Source of the DNA: an uncultured Actinomycetes bacterium | GTDB taxonomy: Bacteria; Actinomycetota; Acidimicrobiia; IMCC26256; PALSA-610 | Reading direction: 5' to 3' | Length of the DNA: 64,000 nt | Assembly (NCBI GenBank): GCA_963701825.1 | Contig: CAVPBG010000003.1 | Location: 451,762 to 515,761 of the forward strand | Shown: one piece after another, positions 29,016-40,287 of the stretch | Layout of the letters: each line of letters begins with the position of its first letter | Position numbering within the stretch: the first letter of the stretch is position 1 | The notes under the pieces: model-generated | Databases searched by the model: none | Told to the model about the DNA's origin: nothing | The model's input: only the letters and a program-made list of their open reading frames with translations | Position numbers and translations under genes: made by a program

Positions 29016-31118
29016 TCACTCCGCTTTCGTGCGGTCGTTGATGAGGGTTGCGAACTGGGGCGTGAACGCGAGCGAGCCGTTGACGGAGAGGTGCGAGCCG
29101 TCGCGGTACACGAAGAACTTGCCCCGGTTGGTCTGACAGAACGACGGGCCGCAGAGGTAGTTGTCGAAACTGATCTGCGTCATGCCGGGTACGGCCGCGA
29201 CCGCCCGGGTCTCGGCGCGGTACGACGCGGCCTGCTGGCGGGCGATCGCGGCCGCGTTCGAGCCCACACCGCAACTCGGAAGATGACTGAACGCGGTGAC
29301 GGCCGGGCACTGGTTGAGCTGCCACGTCGGGAACAACGGGATCGTGTCGACGACCGTCGCCCACACGCCCGCCTCCGCGAACTGGTGCAGCACCGACGTG
29401 TACGCGGTCTGCCATTCCACGGCCTTGGCCGCCGGGGTCGTCGAGAGCTTGCCCGTCACCGAGTCGCGGAACGAATAGCGCGAGTTCTCGATATATCCGC
29501 TCCCCCACGACGCGAGAATCACCAGCTTCGGGTGCATCTTCGCGATCGACGCGATCGTCGTTGTGACGAAACGGTGGCACGCGGTGTACGGCACGTTGTT
29601 GCGGAGCAGCACGAGATCGACGAACGGGCATTCGGAGCTCGTGGCCACGGTGAGGTCGAAGCCATCCTGTTGGCTCGCGGCGGCGATGGGCTCGACGAAC
29701 TGACCCGCGTTCGAATCGCCCAGCAAGATCACGCTGCCGTGCGGATCGGTCGCATGCCACGTGCACTTCGGCGGTCGCTTGGTGATCAGGCCGGTGCTGT
29801 CGCAGTGGCGCACCACGTCGGCATGGAACCGTGACTGGTGCGCGAGGTCCTTCATCGTCGACGTCTTCGCCGCCGCGCTCGCAGTGACACTCAACCCGAG
29901 GGCGGCGACCAGCGGGACGACGATGCACACCGCCCCGATCACCAGCGCACGCTTGCGCGGTGGGTTCGGCCGGAACCGGATCGGGCGCTCCACGTAGCGG
30001 TACGAGAGCAACGTCGGCACGAGTGACGCGATCGCGGCGAGCGTGAGCACCGCGGTGTTGCTCGAGATCATGAGCCGGGCGAACACGATGATCGGCCAGT
30101 GCCACAGGTACCAGCCGTAGGAGATGTCGCCCGTCTTGACGAGCCACTTCAGTGACAACGCCTTCGTGACACCCCGCATCGTGTGCATACCGGCGAAGAG
30201 CATCAACGCGGTACCGAGCACCGGCAGCAGAGCCGCGGTACCGGGGAACGGTGTCGTGGGCGTGAAGATCCGCATGCTGACGAGCAACATCACGGCGCCG
30301 ACGATCCCCGCAGCCACGGCCAAGCCCTGGGGCATGCGTTTCACCAACGTGCCGGCCAATGCCACGACCGCGCCCGCCGCGAATTCCCACGCCCGGGTCG
30401 GCGCGGAGAAGAACGCGACCTGGGCCGGATTGTGGATATGAACGATGCTGTAGGTGGCGTTCGTCAGGACCAGCGACAACACGAACGAGACCAGGAGACC
30501 GGCGGAGACGATCATTGCCGCGCCGGCCCGCGGCGACGAATGCGGCAACACGAGCCGCGATCCCCGCAACGCCCACAACAAGAAGAGCGGGAACACCAGG
30601 TAGAACTGCTCCTCGACTGCGAGCGACCACGTGTGCAGCAGCGGGTTCGTGGTGAGCGACGCGTCGAAGTACCCGGTGCCCACCCCGGCGAAGTGCATGT
30701 TGGCCAAGAACGTGGCGGCCGACGCGGTGGCGTGGGCGGTGTCGTGCTGCGCGCCGAGCGGGCTCTGGAACAACACCGACATCGCCGCGACGGCAACGAG
30801 CATCACCGCGAGCGCGGGCAGGAGCCGGCGCACACGACGCGCGTAGAAGTTCGGGAAGTCGAGCTTCCCGGTCGAGCGCAGTTCGCGCCAGAGCATCGTC
30901 GTGATGACGAAGCCCGAGATCACGAAGAAGGCGTCGACACCGACGTATCCGCCCGGCAACGGCAGCTCGGCGTGGAACGCCACGACCGCGAGCACGGCAA
31001 TGCCGCGGAGTCCCTGAATGTCGGCGCGCCGCGGATGCCCGGGTTCCGCCGGGCGAGCCTGACGCTCGTCCGTGCGATCGATGGTGGCCAAGTCTCCCCC
31101 CGAATCCCTGCGCCGCAC
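29016..31118 (-). CDS. Acyltransferase family 3 membrane domain fused to a C-terminal SGNH-like domain (OafA/YrhL-type O-acetyltransferase), intact
   Basis: 700 aa. DIQGLRGIAVLAVVAFHA...GGYVGVDAFFVISGFVIT, then about 10 TM helices, then an extracytoplasmic domain ...VILLGDSNAGQF... Confidence 0.85.
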   Translation of the reverse strand: MRRRDSGGDLATIDRTDERQARPAEPGHPRRADIQGLRGIAVLAVVAFHAELPLPGGYVGVDAFFVISGFVITTMLWRELRSTGKLDFPNFYARRVRRLLPALAVMLVAVAAMSVLFQSPLGAQHDTAHATASAATFLANMHFAGVGTGYFDASLTTNPLLHTWSLAVEEQFYLVFPLFLLWALRGSRLVLPHSSPRAGAAMIVSAGLLVSFVLSLVLTNATYSIVHIHNPAQVAFFSAPTRAWEFAAGAVVALAGTLVKRMPQGLAVAAGIVGAVMLLVSMRIFTPTTPFPGTAALLPVLGTALMLFAGMHTMRGVTKALSLKWLVKTGDISYGWYLWHWPIIVFARLMISSNTAVLTLAAIASLVPTLLSYRYVERPIRFRPNPPRKRALVIGAVCIVVPLVAALGLSVTASAAAKTSTMKDLAHQSRFHADVVRHCDSTGLITKRPPKCTWHATDPHGSVILLGDSNAGQFVEPIAAASQQDGFDLTVATSSECPFVDLVLLRNNVPYTACHRFVTTTIASIAKMHPKLVILASWGSGYIENSRYSFRDSVTGKLSTTPAAKAVEWQTAYTSVLHQFAEAGVWATVVDTIPLFPTWQLNQCPAVTAFSHLPSCGVGSNAAAIARQQAASYRAETRAVAAVPGMTQISFDNYLCGPSFCQTNRGKFFVYRDGSHLSVNGSLAFTPQFATLINDRTKAE

Positions 31119-31178
31119 CGCGCTCCAGTATGACTCTGGAACAGGGCCGCGCGTCCAGCGCGAGAGCCGACCGCGCGG

Positions 31179-31817
31179 CTACGACGCGAGCTCGGGCCGG
31201 TGCGCGAACGCCCAGACCACGAGGGGGAATTCGTCCTGGTTGCGTAGTGATCGCCATGACCGCATCGGTGGAAACCGGCGCAAATTTCCCCGGACCGCGG
31301 TCTTGTTGCCCCAGCTGCCGATCTCGTCCACGACGAACCCGGATCCTTCGAGCAAACGGCGCATTCCGTCCTCGGTGAAGCGCCAGAAGTCGTACGGGGT
31401 CGGGTGCACCTTGATGAGGAAGGGCGTGCTGACGATGACGCGGCCGCCGGGCCGGCACAGGTCGTGCAACGTGCGCGTCGCCCGCCACGGATCGGGCACG
31501 TGCTCGAGCACCTGTTCACAGATCACGAGGTCGTGCACGTCGAGCGCGGCCGGCGGATCGCACAGGTCGAGCTGCGGGTACGCCGACGACGAGAACTCGC
31601 GCCACGGATGCCCGCGGTGCGACGTGCCGCTGATCTCGATCACCTTGGTCTGTTCGGGCCCGAGCGCACGAATGTGCTCGGTGATCTGCCCGTTCATGAC
31701 GATGCGGCACCACTGGTCGGTCGGGCCGCCGTCGCGATAGATGCGGGCCCGGAATCGACGCTGGGCGGCGCGGGCGACGCGACCCACGCGCAGGCGTTGC
31801 GTGAGCGCCTCGGGCAT
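31179..31817 (-). CDS. SAM-dependent methyltransferase (type 11-like), intact; paralog of 26491..27195
   Basis: The ATG at 31817 overlaps the sulfotransferase TGA. ...VIEISG...LVICEQVLEHVPDPWRATRTLHDLCRPGGRVIVSTPFLIKVHPTPYDFWRFTEDGM. Confidence 0.7.
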   Translation of the reverse strand: MPEALTQRLRVGRVARAAQRRFRARIYRDGGPTDQWCRIVMNGQITEHIRALGPEQTKVIEISGTSHRGHPWREFSSSAYPQLDLCDPPAALDVHDLVICEQVLEHVPDPWRATRTLHDLCRPGGRVIVSTPFLIKVHPTPYDFWRFTEDGMRRLLEGSGFVVDEIGSWGNKTAVRGNLRRFPPMRSWRSLRNQDEFPLVVWAFAHRPELAS

Positions 31818-32848
31818 CAGCGCTTCCGGAGCTCGCCGCGGGCCGCGCGGGCCGCGCGGCTCGCCCGGGCCGCGCCGTTCGCGACCGCGGCGCGGGTCGC
31901 GTCCCAGCCCGCGCGGACGCGGTCGGGACCGGCGTTGTCGGCCCACGACTCGTCGGGCTCGTACCCGAGCTCGACCAGGAGCGCGCCGGCGTGGCGGTTG
32001 AACACCGACCGTTCGAAGGGCCCCCACGAGTCCTGCCACGTGCCGCGGCGGCCTTCCCGGAAGAAGCCGTCGGGGAACTTCAACGACTCGCCCAGGCGCG
32101 CGACCAGTTCACCGCCGACGACGACCGACGTGTACGGCCGCGACGGATCGCGCTTCAGCTGGTCGAACGAGAACGCCTCGTACAGTGCGAGCGCCTCGTC
32201 GGAGTCAGTGGTGGCGCCGCAGAAGGTGAGCGTCTTCTCGAGCACGGCCGGGCCGTCGTCGAGGAGGTCTTCGTACCGGACCTCGAGATACTGGCCCGAC
32301 GCCGCGGCCGAGGCCGCGTTGCGCACTCCCCGCACCCACATCGACGACGCCTCGCCGATATCCGCCGGCGCCCACGTGCGGCCCCAGCCCTGAGCCGCGG
32401 CCACCAGCGAGCTCACGACATCGCGACCGTCGCGCACGAGGTGGATGAACCGGGCCTCGGGAAGATACGTGCGGATGACGTCGATCGGGTGGTGGTAGCC
32501 CGGGCACTTCTCCAACACGATGTTGGCGCCCGGCTTCAAGGCCACGACGGCCTCGTGGAACGAGGCGATCATCGCCCGGACCATCTCCGAGAACTCGGCC
32601 TCGGTCATCACCGACGACACGCCCTTCAACCGACCCACCGTCTTGGGGTCGGTCATGGCGTTGACCTCGTACGACCACGCGGCGTGGAGCTGGCGGATGT
32701 AGCCGGTGAAGAACTCCGGCTCCTGCGGACTCGCGATGGACGGATGCGCGGCGAGCATGCACTGCAGCCACGTCGTCCCACTGCGCGGCGATCCGACGAG
32801 AAATACCGGAACGTGGTTCAACGCGCGCCCCGAGAGAGCGGTTCCCAT
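31817..32848 (-). CDS. Sulfotransferase family protein (PAPS-dependent), intact
   Basis: MGTALSGRALNHVPVFLVGSPRSGTTWLQCML (5'-PSB loop)...FIHLVRDGRDVVSS (3'-PB region). 343 aa. Confidence 0.8.
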   Translation of the reverse strand: MGTALSGRALNHVPVFLVGSPRSGTTWLQCMLAAHPSIASPQEPEFFTGYIRQLHAAWSYEVNAMTDPKTVGRLKGVSSVMTEAEFSEMVRAMIASFHEAVVALKPGANIVLEKCPGYHHPIDVIRTYLPEARFIHLVRDGRDVVSSLVAAAQGWGRTWAPADIGEASSMWVRGVRNAASAAASGQYLEVRYEDLLDDGPAVLEKTLTFCGATTDSDEALALYEAFSFDQLKRDPSRPYTSVVVGGELVARLGESLKFPDGFFREGRRGTWQDSWGPFERSVFNRHAGALLVELGYEPDESWADNAGPDRVRAGWDATRAAVANGAARASRAARAARGELRKR

Positions 32849-33086
32849 CGTCACGATTGTAACTGGGTGCCTGTGATCGGTCGCCGGGCGGTTCGCCGGA
32901 AACGCCGCGACAGTGCTGCGCATCGTTGTCCGATTCGCGGGAAATCGCCGGGCCGCGCGCCCGCCGGCGACGCTTCTCGGCTCTCGACGCCGCCCGCGAC
33001 CCTGGCATATCCTTCCAGCTGGGCGGATAGACCGCAGCACAGGGTTGGTGCTGCGAGCATTCGACGGGGTCGAAGGGCCGGGGGGC
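32849..33086. promoter_or_regulatory. Divergent intergenic region between the sulfotransferase operon and the giant repeat-protein gene
   Basis: 238-nt spacer. Hairpin GCAGCAC-aggg ttg-GTGCTGC at about 33035-33056, just upstream of the ATG at 33087. No confident -10/-35 assignment. Confidence 0.3.
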
Positions 33087-36000
33087 ATGGGGGATCTGAA
33101 TCCGCAACGCGTTCGACTCGGACGCGTTCCTCGCACGCTCAGGACAGCCGCGCCGCGTGCGCTGGCCGCGCTCACGCTCGGGCTCGGCATCGCGGTCGTC
33201 ACCGCCGCGCCCGCGGTCGCGGCCGCGCCGTCGGCGCCGCAATCGGTCAACGTCACTCCGGGCCCGACGGTCGGGAACATGACCATCCGTTGGTCGTCGC
33301 CCGCGTCGACCGGTGGTGTCGCGATCACCGGGTTCCAGTACCAGGTTCATGTCGACGCGGGCGCGTTCGGCGCGCCGCTCACGCTCGGCCCGTCGACCGC
33401 GCGCTCCGCGGTCGTTCCTTGCGCCGCGCCCGCCACGACCGGGCACGGCTGCACGTACGAGGTCCGCGCGATCAACGGCACATCGGGCGCGTGGAGCGCG
33501 CCGGTCGCCGCGGTGTGGTCCGTGCCGAGCCCGGCCGTCCTCGGCCGCGCGCTCGCGGGCCCGGGCGCCGGAGTCGCGACGTTGCAGTGGCGCCCGTCGG
33601 CCAGCACCGGTGGCCTCGCCGTCAGTTACGAATACGAAGTCAGCACCGGCACCGGCTTTGGCGCACCCGTCGCGATCGCGCCGGGCTCGATCTCGCTGGT
33701 CCCGGGTGAGCCGTGGCCCGTCGACTCCGCCGCGGTCACCTGCCCGTTGGGCTCGGGACCTGTCGTCAGTTGTTCCTATGTCCTGTTGGCCGTGAACGGC
33801 GTGGGCGCGAGCCCGGTATCCGTCGTACGCACCGCGGTCGAGAAGCGGCCCGGCGCCGCGACCGGCATCACCGCGTCGAACACGTCCGTCGCGCTCGGCA
33901 CCGGGCTCGCGAGCCAGACCGTCGTGTGGACGCCGCCGACCGTCAGCGGCGGGACGCCCGTCACCGACAACCGGGTCTGGGTGTGCGCGACTGCGAACGG
34001 CACACCGTGCACGAACGTCTCGACGGGCTGGACGCAGGTCACCGACCTCGTCGGCACCCCGCCCGCGTCGACCACCCCCGCGGTGTGTCCGGCCAACGGG
34101 CGCTGCGGTTACGAGGTCTGGCCGACCAACGCCGTCGGTCACTCGTGGGCCGTCGGTTACTCGCACCCGAGCCCGCCCACGACGTTGATGGCAACCGCGA
34201 GCCTCGCCGCGCCGGGTCAGGTCACGTTGTCGTGGCAGGCAACTCCCGATTCCGGCACTGCGTTCGGCCACTACGTGTTGTTCGAATGTGACTCGAACCA
34301 GACGTGCACCAACGGCAGCTGGACCGCGAACCCCGCCGACGCCGCGCCGTGGAATGTCACTCAACTGACTGCAACGCCGACGGCCACCACCACTCAGTAC
34401 CCTTGCGGTGTCGTCCACGCCTGCACCTTCGAGATCGGCTACATCGACGCCTCGGGTCACATCGGCGGCGTCACCAACTCCGTCATCACGACGGGCCTCG
34501 ACGCACCCACCCTCACCGCGGTACCCGGCGCGACGCCCGGCGCGGTCAACCTGAGCTGGACCACACCCGCCACCGGGCAGATCAACCAGTACGAGATCGA
34601 CCGCGACACCGGCAGCGGCCTCGGCTTCCTGGCCGACGTCCCCGCCGCGCCGACGTCGTACATCGACACCACCTGCGGCGCGGGCGTGACGTGTCACTAC
34701 ACGGTGCGCGCCCTGCTGTTCCCGAGCGGCACGTCGCCCGCAAGCAACGAAGCATCCGCAACGGCCCCGCTCGACTCCGCGATCGCGATCACCACTCCGG
34801 TGGCGGGCGCGCGCCTCGGTGACTCCACTCCGACCTTCTCCGGCACCGCCGCGACCCGCGAACAGCGCCACCGTGACCGTGAAGGTCTGGGTCGGCGCTC
34901 TTCCGAGCGGAACATTGCAGGAGACCCTCACCACGACCCGCGCCGCCACGGCATGGACCGTCGACGCAACGACGCTGCCCGACGGCACCTACACCGTGCA
35001 GGCGCAACAGACCACACCGTCGTCGGGCGTCGTGTTGAGCCCGCCGATCACCTTCACCACCGACACCACGGGTCCGACCGTTTCGATCACGAGTGTGAAC
35101 GGCGCCGCGCACGCGTTGCCGTTCTCGACCAGTGCGAACGTCACATCGATCGGCGGCGCGTGCGGCACGGCCACCGGTGACAACGCGACCGTGTCGGTCG
35201 CGATCGGCGGCGCCGGTTCCGAGACCGGCACCGCGCCCTGCACCGCGGGCGCATGGGCGTACACGCTCGTCACCCCGCTCACAACCGGCGGCGCGTACAC
35301 CGCGACCGTCACCCAGGGCGACAGCACGCTCAACACCGGCACGACCGGAACGCAGAGCATCTCGATCGACAAGACCGCGCCGGTCGTCACCGTCACGACC
35401 GTCAACGGAACCGTGCGTGCCCTCCCGCTCTCGACGGCCACGACCGTCACTTCCATCGGCGGCGCGTGCGGCACGCTCGCGGGCGACGCGGCCACCGTCT
35501 CGATCGCGATCACCGGCGCGAGCACCCAGAACGGCACTGCGGCATGCACCGCCGGCGCCTGGAGCTTCGCGCCGGCCAGCGCGCTTTCGGCCGACGGCGT
35601 CTACTCCCTCACCGCCACCCAGACCGACGCGGCCGGCAACACCGGCACGAGCGGCGCGCAGACGGTCACCGTCGACAAGACCGCACCGGTCGTCACCCTC
35701 ACGACGGTCAACGGAACCGCGCGCACCTTCCCGTTCCTCAGCAACGCGACGATCACCACCGTCGGCGGCGCGTGTGGCGTGGCCACCGGTGACGCACCGT
35801 CGGTGTCGCTCACGCTCACCGGCGCCGGTAGCGAGAACGGTGTCGCGGCCTGCACCGCGGGCGCGTGGACGTACACATTCGTCAGCGCGCTGACCGTGAA
35901 CGGCGCGTACTCGGTCACGGCCACCCAGACCGATGCCGTGTCGAACACCGGTACGAGCGGAGCCAAGACGGTCAACCTCGACACCACCGCACCCACACTC

Positions 36001-39000
36001 ACGCTCACCACCATCAACGGAACCGTGCGGACGTTCCCGTTCACCACGAACACCACGGTGAGCACGTTCGGTGGCGTGTGTGGCTCGGCCTCGGGCGACA
36101 GCGCGAGCGTCAACGTCTCGATCACGGGCGCGGCCACCCAGAGCTCGACCGCAGCCTGCACCGCCGGCGCATGGTCGTTCTCGCCCGCGCCCGCCCTGTC
36201 GACGAGCGGCGTCTACTCGTTGAGCGCAACCCAGAGCGACACCGCAGGGAACACCGCGGCGACGGGCGCGCAGAGCCTGACGATCAACACCCTCGCCCCC
36301 ACCGTCACGCTGACGACGGTGAACGGCACGGCCCGCACCTTCCCGCTCACCACGAATGCCACCGCCACGTCGGTCGGCGGCACCTGCACCACCGCCGCGG
36401 GCGTGAACCCCACCGTCACGGTCGCGATCTCGGGCGCCAGCACGCAGAGCGGTTCCGCCACCTGCACGACCGGTGCGTGGACATTCACGCTCACCACCGC
36501 GCTCTCGGCCGACGGCGTGTACGCCGCCACCGCGACGCAGAGCGACACGTCGGGCAACACCGGTAGCAGCGGCGCGCAGGGCATCACCGTCGACAAGACG
36601 GCCCCGACCGTCGCGCTCTCCGCGGTCAACGGCACGACGCACACGTTCCCGTACACCGCGAACGTGTCGGTCACCTCGCTCGGCGGAACGTGTGGCGCGG
36701 CGATCGGCGACAGCACGAGCGTGGCCATCGCGATCACCGGGGCCAGCACGCAGAACGGCACCGCAACCTGTTCGGCGGGCGTGTGGACCTTCACGCCGGC
36801 CACCGCGTTGTCGAGTGACGGCGTCTACACCGTCACGGGCACGCAGACCGACGCCGCGACCAACAGCGGAACCACCGGCGCACAGACGATCACCGTCGAC
36901 AAGACCGCGCCGACCGTCACGTTGGCGAGCGTCAACGGAACGGCCCGCACATTCCCGTTCACCACGAACACCACCGCCACGACCGTCGGCGGCATCTGCG
37001 GCACGGCCTCCGGCGACGCCGCGACGGTCGCGGTCGTCGTCGGCGGCGCCGGGAGTGAGAGCGGCGCGGCCACGTGCACCTCGGGCAGCTGGACCTACAC
37101 CTTCGCCACCGCGTTGGCCGCCAACGGCACCTACACCGTCACGGCCACCCAGACCGACACCGCCGGCAACATCGGCTCCAGCGGGACGAAGAGCATCACC
37201 GTCGACACCACGGCGCCGGTCGTCACCCTCACCACCGCGAACGGCGCGGGCCGGACCTTCCCCTTCACCACCAACGCGACCGTCACGTCGTTCGGCGGTG
37301 CGTGTGGGTCGGCCGTGGGCGACGGCGCGGGCGTGACCGTGTCGATCACCGGCGCGAGCACGCAGAGCGGGACTGCCACCTGCACGGCCGGCGTGTGGAC
37401 CTTCACGCCCACGACGGCACTGTCGGCCGAAGGCACGTACTCCGTAAACGCTTCGCAGAGCGACACCGCGAGCAACACCGGCTCGACCGGCGCGCAGACG
37501 ATCACCGTCGACAAGACCGCACCGGTCGTCACGCTGACCACTGCGAACGGCACCGTGCGCACGTTCCCCTACCTGTCGAACGCGGTCGTCACGACTGTGG
37601 CCGGCGCGTGTGGTACCGCGGCGGGCGACAGCGCGACGGTTTCGGTCAGCGTGACCGGCGCCGGTAGCGAGAACGGCGCGGCCACATGCACCACCGGTGC
37701 GTGGAGCTACACGTTCGTGAGCTCCCTCGCCGTGAACGGTGCGTACAGCGTCACCGCAACCCAGACCGACGGCGCGGCCAACAACGGCACGAGTGGCGCC
37801 AAGACGATCACGGTCGACACGACCGCACCGGTCATCACGCTCACGTCGGTGAACGGGACCGTGCGTTCGTTCCCGTACACAACGAACACCAACGTCACCA
37901 CGGTGGGCGGCGCGTGCGGCAGCGCGTCGGGCGACATCGCCACGATCTCCGTCGCCATCACCGGCGCCAGCACGCAGAGCGGAACCGCCACGTGTGGCTC
38001 GGGAACGTGGACCTTCTCTCCCACGACCGCGCTCTCGGCCGACGGCACCTACTCGATCACGGCCACCCAGACCGACACCGCCGCGAACACGGGCACGACC
38101 GGCGCGCAGAGCGTCACGATCAACACCCTCGCCCCGATCGTCACGCTGGCCACGGTGAACGGCACCGCGCAGACCTTCCCGTTCTCGACCAACGCCACCG
38201 TCACGTCGGTGGGTGGTGCGTGCACGACCGCAGCCGGCGTCAACCCCACCGTCTCGGTCTCGATCACGGGCGTCAGCACGCAGTCCGGCTCGGCGACGTG
38301 TACGGCGAGCGCATGGTCGTTCACACCTGGAACCGCGTTGTCCGCCGAGGGCGTGTACAGCGTCACCGCAACCCAGACCGACAACTCGGCCAACACCGGT
38401 TCGAGCGGCGCCCGCAGCATCACCGTCGACAAGACGGCGCCCACCGTTGCGCTCACCGGCGTGAACGGAACGATCCGCACCTTCCCCTTCACCACCGCGT
38501 CGACCGTCACGACGTTCAGCGGCACGTGCGGCGGTTCGCTCGGCGACGCGGGCACGGTGGCGATCGCGATCACCGGCGCGAGCACGCAGAACGGCACCGC
38601 CACCTGCAGCGCGGGAACGTGGTCGTTCTCCCCCGTCACCGCCTTCTCGACCGACGGTGGCTACGTCGAGACCATCACCCAGACCGACGCTTCCGGGAAC
38701 ACGGGCACCACCGGCGCGCAGACCATCACGGTCGACAAGACCGCACCGGTGGTCACGATCGCCGCGGTCAACGGAACCGCCCGCACGTTCCCGTTCTCGA
38801 CCAACGCCAACGTCACGACGGTCGGCGGGGCGTGCGGCACGCTCACCGGTGACGGACCCACCGTGTCCGTCTCGGTCACCGGCGGCAGCACGCAGAGCGG
38901 AACCGCGGCCTGCACGACCGGCGCGTGGACGTTCACCCTCACCACCCCGTTGTCGGCCGTCGGTTCGTACGCGGTGACCGCCTCGCAGTCCGACAGCGTC

Positions 39001-40269
39001 GCCAACATCGGCACGAGCGGCGCGCAGACGATCACCATCGACACCACGCCGCCCGTCGTCACGCTGACGACCCTCAACGGAGCGGCGCAGACGTTCCCGA
39101 TGTCGACCAACGCGACGGTCACGTCGGTCGGCGGCACCTGCGGCACGCTCGCGGGCGACGCGGCCACGGTCTCGATCGCGATCACCGGCGCGAGCACCCA
39201 GAACGGCACCGCCGCCTGCACCGCCGGCGCCTGGACCTTCACGCCCGCCACCGCCCTCTCGGCGGAAGGCACCTACGCGATCACCGCCCTGCAGAGTGAC
39301 GCGGCCACGAACACCGGCACCACCGGCGCGCAGTCGGTACTCATCGACAAGACCGCACCGGTCGTGACGGTCACCTCGGTGAACGGCACCACGCGCACGT
39401 TCCCGTTCACGACGAACCTCACGGTCACGAGCTTCGGCGGCACCTGCGGGACCGCCGGCGGCGACACCGCCTCGGTGTCGCTCGCGATCACCGGCGCGGG
39501 AACGCAGAACGGCACGACGGCCTGCACCGCCGGTGCATGGTCGCTGACGCTCACGACCGCGCTCTCGACCGACGGCGCCTACGTTGCGACCGCGAGCCAG
39601 ACCGACGCGGCCGGGAACACGGGCGCCAGTGCCGGGCAGACCACGAACATCGACAAGACGTCGCCCGCGGTCACGCTCACGACCGTCAACGGCACCGCGC
39701 AGACGTTCCCGCTCACCACCAACACGACCGTCACCTCGGTCGGTGGCGCGTGCGGCACCGCCACCGGCGACAGCACGACCGTCTCGATCGCGATCTCCGG
39801 GGCGAGCACGCAGAACGGCACCACGACCTGCACCGCCGGGGCGTGGACCTTCACGCTCGCCACTGCGCTCTCCGCGGAAGGCACGTACGCCGCCACCGCG
39901 CTGCAGGGTGACTCCGCGGGCAACACCGGTTCGAGCGGTGCGCAGTCGACGACCATCGACAAGACCGCGCCGATCGTCACGCTCACGCAGGTGAACGGCG
40001 CCGCGCAGACGTTCCCGCTCACGACCGCCACCACGATCACGTCGGTCGGCGGCGCGTGCGGCGCACTCACCGGCGACAGCACGACCGTGGCGGTTGCCAT
40101 CGCCGGGACCGGCACCGAGAACGGCACCACGACCTGCGCTGCCGGCGCGTGGACCTACACGCTCGTCACGCCGATCACCGCAGTCGGCCCGTACACCGTT
40201 ACCGCGACCCAAGCCGACACCGCCACCAACGTCGGCACGTCGGGCGCGCAGAGCATCACCAAGCAGTAG
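33087..40269 (+). pseudogene. Giant secreted Thr/Ala/Gly-rich surface protein: signal peptide, about 6-7 Fn3-like domains, then 17 tandem Ig-like repeats; one frame change near 34858 as sequenced (about 2,390 aa if read through)
   Basis: MGDLNPQRVRLGRVPRTLRTAAPRALAALTLGLGIAVVTAAPAVAAAPS (signal). Fn3-like SAPQSVNVTPGP..MTIRWSSPASTGGVAITGFQY. ORF 32913..35180 continues in ORF 34819..40269 at gcgacccgcgaac (TAAT-R/ANSATVTVKVW). No LPXTG motif or C-terminal TM segment. Confidence 0.85.
35062..40266 (+). repeat. 17 tandem coding repeats of about 306 bp (102 aa) with a 6-unit (about 1.83 kb) higher-order period
   Basis: Unit boundaries (I/V)D(K/T)T(A/S/P)P or INTLAP, counted 17 times. Consensus: ..VNGTARTFPF.TNATVTS.GGACG...GD.ATV.V.ITGASTQ.GTA.CTAGAW.F....ALSA.G.Y..TATQ.D.AGNTG.SGAQ.ITVDKTAP. 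Units 4/5/6 (DTTAPTL, INTLAPT, DKTAPTVAL) recur as units 10/11/12. Confidence 0.9.
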
Positions 40270-40287
40270 GTACAGAGGCAGAGAACG

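Noticed and set aside
14833-33025. Recurrence of TTCCAG / CTGGAA-type half-sites (14833, 25445, 31124-31140, about 33012) as evidence for one regulon
   Set aside because: A 6-mer of this composition is expected by chance roughly 10-20 times in 64 kb on both strands (my rough estimate). Spacing and symmetry also differ between sites. Only the perfect 15-bp palindrome at 14833 was kept as a finding.
32205-34988. 927-aa minus-strand ORF spanning the sulfotransferase 5' end, the intergenic region and the start of the giant gene
   Set aside because: It crosses a clear divergent promoter region, runs antisense to well-supported coding sequence, and has Arg/Gly-rich composition without motifs.
34789-40212. 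1,807-aa ORF on the minus strand, antisense to the 17-repeat gene
   Set aside because: It is Gly/Arg/Asp-rich with no domain logic and is the mirror image of Thr/Ala/Val-rich GC3 codons. High GC plus repeats suppress stop codons in the antisense frame. The sense strand has a signal peptide, Fn3-like and Ig-like motifs and clean unit boundaries.
35062-40266. Regular periodic repeats as a possible CRISPR array
   Set aside because: The period is 306 bp, the units are contiguous (no spacers) and in frame, and they encode Ig-like domains. There are no short direct repeats or cas genes anywhere in the window.
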